Source: Octopus vulgaris (Eukaryota). From it: a stretch of 64,000 nucleotides of DNA. A program made the translations under genes and the position numbers. The notes under the pieces were generated by a model. It saw only the letters and a list, made by a program, of their open reading frames with translations, did no database searches and was not told the origin of the DNA. Shown piece by piece: positions 56,561-64,000 of the stretch. The stretch spans positions 9,176,001 to 9,240,000 of the forward strand of contig OX597831.1 of the NCBI GenBank assembly GCA_951406725.2. The letters run 5' to 3'. How positions within the stretch are numbered: position 1 is the first letter of the stretch; each line of letters opens with the position of its first letter.

Positions 56561-57414
56561 TATCCAGTCGGTGGGAACACACACACACACACATACTCAC
56601 ACACACCACACGCACACACACAAATATATACCGGGCTTCTAGATAGTTTTCTTCTACAAAATTCAGTCATAAGATATTGGTTGGCCCGGGATTATAGTAG
56701 AGGACCCAAATTACTAAGCAATGGGACCAATCCCGAAACCACGTGACCCAAAAACGTTATTCTTGATCGCAGACTTCCCTCGGTCCTTTGTGGAATTGTA
56801 GACGAACACCACAGCGTAAAATTATCTGGTGTTTCTTGGTCAGCTATCATGGCTAAGTCCACCTTCATTTGTGGAGCTGCCGAATTTCGTTACTCGGGAA
56901 GCCTCAGTGTGGTCGTCCAATATGCTACAAATAAGAGTCAAATGTCATTTAAAGCACAGGCGGGTAGGGGTGGGGGTGGTCTAAGTCGGATTACATCGAC
57001 TCCCAGTTGTCGACTGGTATTTAGTTAATCGACCCCGAAAGGATGAAAGTCCATGTCTACCGCGGAAAAGTCTCCAAAATATTAAAATCTTATTTTGCCT
57101 GGGGCTCAGTTCGATAACAGGACTCAGTAAAATTTGTGGTGGTCAGAAAGTGTCCGTACTTTCCCTCGTTGGTCATATGCTTTGAACCATCATAAGATGC
57201 TTTAAGTCATCTTGAGAAACCTGTCATATCCAGTAGGTGGGAACACACACACACACAAATATATACCGGACTTCTAGATAGTTTTCTTCTACAAAATTCA
57301 GTCATAAGATATTGGTTGGCCCAGGATTATAGTAGAAGACCCAAATTACCAAGCAGTGGGACCAATCCCGAAACCACGTGACCCAAAAACGTTATTCTTG
57401 ATCGCAGAATTCCC
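56561..57414. repeat. Local direct duplication (56561-56780 / 57227-57414) of a diverged family B segment plus flank
   Basis: Shared private sequence cttctagatagttttcttctacaaaattcagtcataagatattgg...aaaacgttattcttgatcgcaga. Confidence 0.9.
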
Positions 57415-58287
57415 CCAGTCATACGTACCCTGGCGAAACTCCCTCTCCAGGGTTCACGTCTCGGTTTCACAGAGTAAATGTTTCCTCTTCATTGTTGACA
57501 AGACAGATTTGCCATGTAATAACAGGTATTTATCTCCTTCTCAAACACGTTTTGTCTATAACGTTATAAATACACAAACCCAATTAGTTTGATAACAATA
57601 GCCTTCAGATTGTATCTCATTCTTATAAAATCATGACAAATCCTGATTGTAATCGTGAAATCCATTAGAAACAGCAGCTCAACCTCCATCAAACTACATT
57701 CTAGACTCTTAAGAAGCGAACAATAAGGCAACATTTGATAACACAGTGTTTACTTCTAAGAATAAACGATGTTTGTTCGATCAACGTCAACCTGGATTAG
57801 ATAATAGTTGTTACGTTGCACGATTCTAGAAACCTTTATACTCTCAACTGCCGTTTGATTTTGATAACAGCACTCTAGAGCAAGAATCGTAAACTTACCG
57901 CTGCCAAAATTCATGACACCATTATTTCCATTCTGCAAGACAGACACTTTTTACACATGAGAGCATTTCTGTGCTCTACGCATCATGCTGGCATTAACCA
58001 TCCAGCTGATATGCTATTCAATCATTTTCATTTAATATTACGATTCTAGTCTTTACAAATGAGAACCAGAGAATAGAAAAATGACCTTTAGCCTCGTGTT
58101 TGTCTATATTAACTTTGCTATCGAATTTATATCTTCAGTATTTCACCTTTGAGTCCTATCAGCCAAAGTTCAAAGCATGCGCCATGCTATTACAAATGGC
58201 AACAAAGAAACTTGACTCTAATGGCTATTTCTATTTTTTTTACTTTCCTCGTGATCAATAATTCGATGAAAAGATGTTGTTTTTCAG

Positions 58288-58412
58288 ACAAGCTGGAAAG
58301 ATTGTCCGGAAGTTCGAAATCACCGGCGAGAAGTGTGAGCGGGAAATCAAGAAAGTCTGGCAAGAATAACAAATTGAAATCAACTCCGTCACCAAACGTA
58401 AACCAGCGTTAG
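58288..58412 (+). other. Weak candidate terminal coding exon
   Basis: ttgtttttcag acceptor then open frame (D)KLERLSGSSKSPARSVSGKSRKSGKNNKLKSTPSPNVNQR*; unique sequence, no recognised homology. Confidence 0.2.
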
Positions 58413-58628
58413 CAGAAGGGATGTTTTGAAGATGAAGGTCTGTGACCGACGGAAGTGGGGTGTCAGTTTATCGAAAACACTTGATCGAAAACAGTCACTT
58501 AAAAAAAAAAAATCAGTTGATTGATGGAACAGTAGCTCGAATCAACCAATCAAACGAATTTAGTAAATATTCGAAATACGGAAAACAAGGTGAAGTAAAA
58601 AGGAAACAGCCCCCCATGTTCCATTAAT

Positions 58629-58773
58629 TTCTTCTTCTTCTTCTTCTTCTTCTTCTTCTTCTTCTTCTTCTTCTTCTTCTTCTTCTTCTTCTTCTTTTTC
58701 TTCTTCTTTTTCTTCTTCTTCTTCTTCTTCTTTTCTTCTTCTTCTTCTTCTTCTTCTTCTTCTTCTTCTTCTT
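58629..58773. repeat. (CTT)n microsatellite
   Basis: Direct reading. Confidence 0.96.
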
Positions 58774-59391
58774 CACGGGGCGATAGATGGAACAATCATA
58801 AGCACGCCGGGCAAAACGGAGTCGATAAAACAACTACCAGTTATGTACTGGGATCGACGTAATCAACCTACCCCTCCCCTCAAATTTTTGTTCCTGTGCC
58901 CCTATAATTGAAAGGGCCATTAAACGTGTGTGCATTTGATGTTCCTATTTGTTGCCCAAGAATTGCTGTCGATTATGTTAATGTCCCTTTATAACCACGA
59001 TCAGAGATGGTTCCAAGTTCTACGGAAATTGAATCAATATCAAAAATATCGATATCGACTTAATAAAATTAAATAAAAATAACTTTATTGAATCAAGTTA
59101 TGGGCACCCGAAAACATACGTGTGTGATCTTTAAGGTATTGGCTTACTTCGACTGTAAACATAAACATGTATATAAAAACGACATCACTTTACATAATTT
59201 AATAAAAAGTTATTTATAAGAATTGTGGCATTATAACCTTTTTGGAAAAATATGTTCTTTTTTAGCGTTTTCTATAATTGGATTAATTGTTGATTGGAGG
59301 AAAGGTTACTTCGATCACTTGTATTTTTCGCCAACGTTTTTCGATATATAGAATTTCGATCAACTGTTTTGTTTTAACTGTATGCCTACCA

Positions 59392-59740
59392 GTGGTTAGG
59401 GCAGCGAACTCGCGGTCGTAGGATCGCTGTTTCGATTCCCAGACCGGGCATTGTGAATGCTTATTGAGCGAAAACACCTAGGGGGTGGTGGTGAACCCTG
59501 CTGTACTCTTTCACCACAACTTTCTCTTACTCTTATTTCCTGTTTCTGTTGTACCTGTATTTCAAAGGGCCGGCCTTGTCACTCTCTGTGTCACGCTGAA
59601 TATTCCCGAGAACTACGTTAAGGGTGCACGTGTCTGTGGAGTGCTCAGCCACTTACACGTTAATTTCACGAGCAGGCTGTTCCGTTGATTCGGATCAACC
59701 GGAACCCTCATCGTCGTAACCGACGGAGTGCTTCCATTCC
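59392..59740 (+). mobile_element. SINE family E, slightly 5'-truncated, (ttcca) tail
   Basis: tRNA-like head; flanked by identical 84-bp repeats 59308-59391 and 59741-59824. Confidence 0.9.
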
Positions 59741-60014
59741 ACTTCGATCACTTGTATTTTTCGCCAACGTTTTTCGATATATAGAATTTCGATCAACTGT
59801 TTTGTTTTAACTGTATGCCTACCACAACTGGACATCAAAATAATTTCGTTCACGTTTCAAATTACTTCCCAGCCATTCGGAAGTAAAATGTCGAGACAAG
59901 TACATACATTTTATTATTCCATATTCCATCATAAAATTTCTACTCTCGAACCATGATGGTTAACTGGTGTTGAAGGCAAGCCTGAAATAAACTGACCAAC
60001 GTTTTATCATTTAA

Positions 60015-60409
60015 CTAGCAGTATTGCCCGGCGTTGCTCGGGTTTGTAAGGGAAATAACTATATAAGCATTTTTAGAGAGTTATAGCCAAAAAATAGCAA
60101 AAAAATGCATTAAAAATGGAAAAAAATTATGATAATTTTTTTAAAAAATCGTTGACTCATCGTAGACATTTTTAGAGAGTTACTTCCCTTATGTAATAGC
60201 GAAAAATGCATTAAAATGGAAAAAATGATGGTAAATTTTTTTTTAAATCGTAGACTCATCGTATACGTGCGCTAATACCCAGAAGGGATCGATATGAATC
60301 ACGACTATAAGATACCCGGTTTTGGTTAAACTGCACCGCAAAATGTGGGAGTAGTTAGGAATCTAAGTCGTAGGAGACAGACACACAACCTTACTTTTAT
60401 ATATAAAGA
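60015..60409 (-). mobile_element. Non-autonomous Helitron
   Basis: Minus strand begins A|TCTTTATATATAAAAG and ends with hairpin CCCGagcaacgcCGGG then CTAG|T; no TSD. Confidence 0.88.
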
Positions 60410-60736
60410 TGTACAGGAATCAAACGATAAATTCTATTGTTAAACATGCTTAACCAAGCTGTGAAGTTTTATATCCGAAGCTAAAGACCAAACATATTTA
60501 GAGATCAACAGCGTAATCGTGATATTAATATTAATCCGCTTTCCACTCGCTCTCAGGTCAAACCGGATTAAACCAGACCCGGTTTTGTTTATGTGGACAA
60601 TATCCTATTATTTCCTGGAATGTCTTTCCGTTCTCATCATCCGATCACCGGATTCTAATTGTTTACTTTACTCTAATTAATTATCTGAGCCATGCATACA
60701 CTATATGAAGCAATAATTACACACACACACACACAG

Positions 60737-60778
<42 letters not shown>

Positions 60779-61002
60779 GCACACACACAGGCACACACAC
60801 ATACACACGAAGGTACACACACACACACACGCATTTATATGTATAATATATATGTATTATTTTATGTATAATATTATATATATGTAATTATTTATATGTA
60901 TAATATATATATATATATATATATTTGTATGTATATTTTATATACTAAATGTGAAATGTATATCTTATCTATCCTTCTGTGTCTCTATTTTTCTATCTCT
61001 CT

Positions 61003-61118
<116 letters not shown>

Positions 61119-61177
61119 GTCTGTCTTTCTGCCTGTCTGTCAATCTCTCTTTCTTTCTCTCTCTATCTCTCTCTGTC

Positions 61178-61212
<35 letters not shown>

Positions 61213-62199
61213 ACGAGCGCTGGCACAAAACCTCTGAACCACTCCCAGTCATGAGAAAAAAAAAGAAAATAGAAAAGATTTTCAGTTTCCTGAACTTTTC
61301 TCTTTTTCTTATTCAGACGTTACATTTTTTTTTTGGCTAGATTCGTCATTTTCTACTTGAGAAACAAATCTTAAACAAATTACAGATTTATCGTATGCAT
61401 TCATTACACCCATTCACCACCGTGTTCCGTCCATACATACACGTTTATACATGCATATACAAACATACAGACTTATATATACGGTGTGTGCTTTCTGTCT
61501 CTCTGGCTTGTTTTCTTGGGTTCATTAACGAGCCTTGACAAGTTCTCAAATATTTCGATGAATTCATCTGAACAGAGTGCCCAGGGAATTTATGCCAAGC
61601 CCATCTAATCCGATAAACATGGCAGCAAATCGCTCATAAATTGTATGTAGCACCAGCCAAATATATTGAGTGCTACATTTCTTATTTGTCCACCACTCAC
61701 TTTCATGCATATATACGAGTATTTATGTATATATGCTCTCAAACGTCTGGAGAGATGGGCGCGCTTTCACGTCCACGAAACTTTTAGTAACACGAAGAAC
61801 TAAGTCAACCTGATCTTCAGTATACATAATTTATGTATACAGCTTTGTGTTGTGATGGCTGGTGTTTCCGTTCGCTTCTTCACTCACTCATATCATTGAT
61901 ACATATATATATGTGTGTGTTAGCGTATAAATCAATATATTAGAAATCAATAATCGATAATTAATTGTGAAACAGGAAATAAATAAAATGATTCATAAAC
62001 TTCATGTGACAAAAAAACCAAAAACAAATCAAAATGAAAACATCAATGGCAAATAAACAGGAAATGCAGAAATAATATTTTCAAAAGATCCGCCACCTAA
62101 ACCCACACCCAACAGCTAATTTGAATTGATATGTGTAAAATTATTTTCATCAATCAATAATTATATTTCTGAAGGAAGAAAAATAATTTAAATGAGCCA

Positions 62200-62453
62200 A
62201 AGCAATCACAAATAAACAATGTGTTCAAAAAGTCTCTCCGCAGTATGTATTTAGAGGTTTCGGGTGATTCTTGTACACTAATCCTTTACTTGCTCCTCAG
62301 GAAAAAAAAAGTCTGGTGGTGTTAAATCAGGTGATCTTAGTGGCCAAAGTCCCTTCGAAATAATCCGTTCACCGAAAAATTCTTGAAGTAGCACCGTTGT
62401 GATGCGGAGGATGGAAAAAATCCACTGCGGTGAGAATTTCTGAACACCCTGTA
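62200..62453 (-). mobile_element. Tc1/mariner-superfamily deletion derivative
   Basis: TA-CAGGGTGTTCAGAAA terminus, then LQEFFGERIISKGLWPLRSPDLTPPDFF; left boundary uncertain. Confidence 0.8.
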
Positions 62454-62648
62454 CTCACTTTTGTAGTAGTTCTAAACAAATACAATTACTGTAATATAAT
62501 CGGGACAACGTTTACATTGGTTTACTCTTTTACATGTTCCAATCGTTATACTGCGTCCATGCTGGAGTACTGCTAACACAACGCCAGAAGTCGGATCAAT
62601 TACGCATGACAGCTCGTCCGACCATCTGACCATTCCAGTATTACACGT

Positions 62649-62881
62649 AAGGCGGCGAGCTGGCAGAAACGTTAGCACGCCGGGCGAAATGCTTAGCGGT
62701 ATTTCGTCTGCGTTATGTTGTGAGTTCAAATTCCGCCGAGGTCGACTTTGCCTTTCATCCTTTCGGGGTCGATAAATTAAGTACCAGTTACGCACTGGGG
62801 TCGATGTAATCGACTTAATACCTATGTCTGTCCTTGTTTGTCCCCTCTGTGTTTAGCCCCTTGTGGGTAATAAAGAAATAA
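62649..62881 (+). mobile_element. Full-length SINE family A
   Basis: TSD tattacac at 62639-62646 and 62883-62890. Confidence 0.92.
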
Positions 62882-63099
62882 ATATTACACCATCTTAGGC
62901 GTTACTTTTTCATGGATTCTGGAAATCTGAAGGGCAAAGTTGACCCCAGCTCATGTTGAACCCAGAACTCACTGCCGGAATAAAGTTACAAGTTATATAT
63001 TCCGTGGTTCTAACGAGTTTGACAATTCACCTCTTATTATAAGGTGTTCCCTTTATGACCATCCCACCTTTTTGTATATAACAGTATATGGCCCCCTGT

Positions 63100-63565
63100 A
63101 TCCGTGTGTTTCCCAACCACGTGGTTCCAAGTTCAGTTCCACTGCGTAGAAACGTGGGAAAGTGTCTTCTGTTATAGCCTCGGACCGACCAAAAACATTT
63201 GATTGGATATAGTAAACGGAAACTGAAAGAAGCCCGTCGTATATATTCACACACACACACATGCACCTGTGTGTGTGTGTGTTTGTATGTTTGTGTGTGT
63301 GTATATGCGTGTGTTTATGTCTGTTTTTATCTGCCACCAACCTCTTATCAACTGGTGTTGGTGTGTTTACGCCCCCGCGACTTAGCAGTTCGGCTAAAGA
63401 GGTTGGTGGCTAAAGAGACGAATAGAATAAGTACCATGCTTTAAAAAAATGAATGTTGTGGCGATCCTTTCCTAATCCTAATCCTAATCCTTTCAACTCA
63501 AAATTCTTCAAGGCAGTGCCCCAGCATGATCGCACTCTAACGAGTGGAGCAAGTAAAAGATAAAA
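63100..63565 (+). mobile_element. SINE family B
   Basis: Head, internal CA/TG tract, tail aagtaaaagataaaag. Confidence 0.87.
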
Positions 63566-64000
63566 GTTGCATGAACTGTAGGTATTTGTCTGCTTTTCCT
63601 AACAGAATCGATCGACCACGTAAAGGATCCCTGATATTGTAGTATTCAGTGGCTTATGACATGAACAATTCATAAGAACCAATATATCTATGCGTTCCAA
63701 GGCAGCTTGTTATGCAATTAATGTCCACCTTTGCTTGTCAGGGAAATGTAATTCATTTAGCAAAGCAAAACAGCCTGTTTTTCACCCCATCTAACACTGG
63801 GAAGGTCACCATCCTATCTCCGAAGAAAACAAGGTTAATGTGCAATCGTAGCAATAATCTGCGTGATTTGTTAATTTGCACTTTTGAGATTATAGAGTTT
63901 CTCGAAGAAAATAATGGAAGCTGTGATTTAGTATCAAGTGATAAACAGATACGTTGCATCTGCATAATGCTCTGACAAAATGACATAAATTGAAACAGCT

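Noticed and set aside
63471-63490. (CCTAAT)3 telomere-like repeat
   Set aside because: Only three units, not TTAGGG, inside a SINE

Overview
AT-rich eukaryotic non-coding DNA, densely packed with microsatellites and transposable elements. The repeat landscape resembles an octopus genome (inference, not proven). No intact host gene can be supported: nearly all listed ORFs are microsatellite translations. Recognisable content: (1) a frameshifted Penelope-like retroelement (RT + GIY-YIG); (2) three fragments of restriction-like-endonuclease (R4/Dong-type) LINEs next to (TAA)n tracts; (3) RTE, APE and possible Gypsy remnants; (4) two Tc1/mariner remnants, a non-autonomous Helitron and a piggyBac-type MITE; (5) dozens of SINE-like copies in five families, labelled A-E here, with approximate boundaries and only representative copies listed. 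The most interesting signal is a set of 5-7 minimal type I hammerhead-ribozyme-like motifs with palindromic stem III, several embedded in or beside fold-back inverted repeats. Also notable: two minisatellites born inside TEs, a SINE with an 84-bp perfect flanking duplication, and an apparently CpG-depleted central domain.
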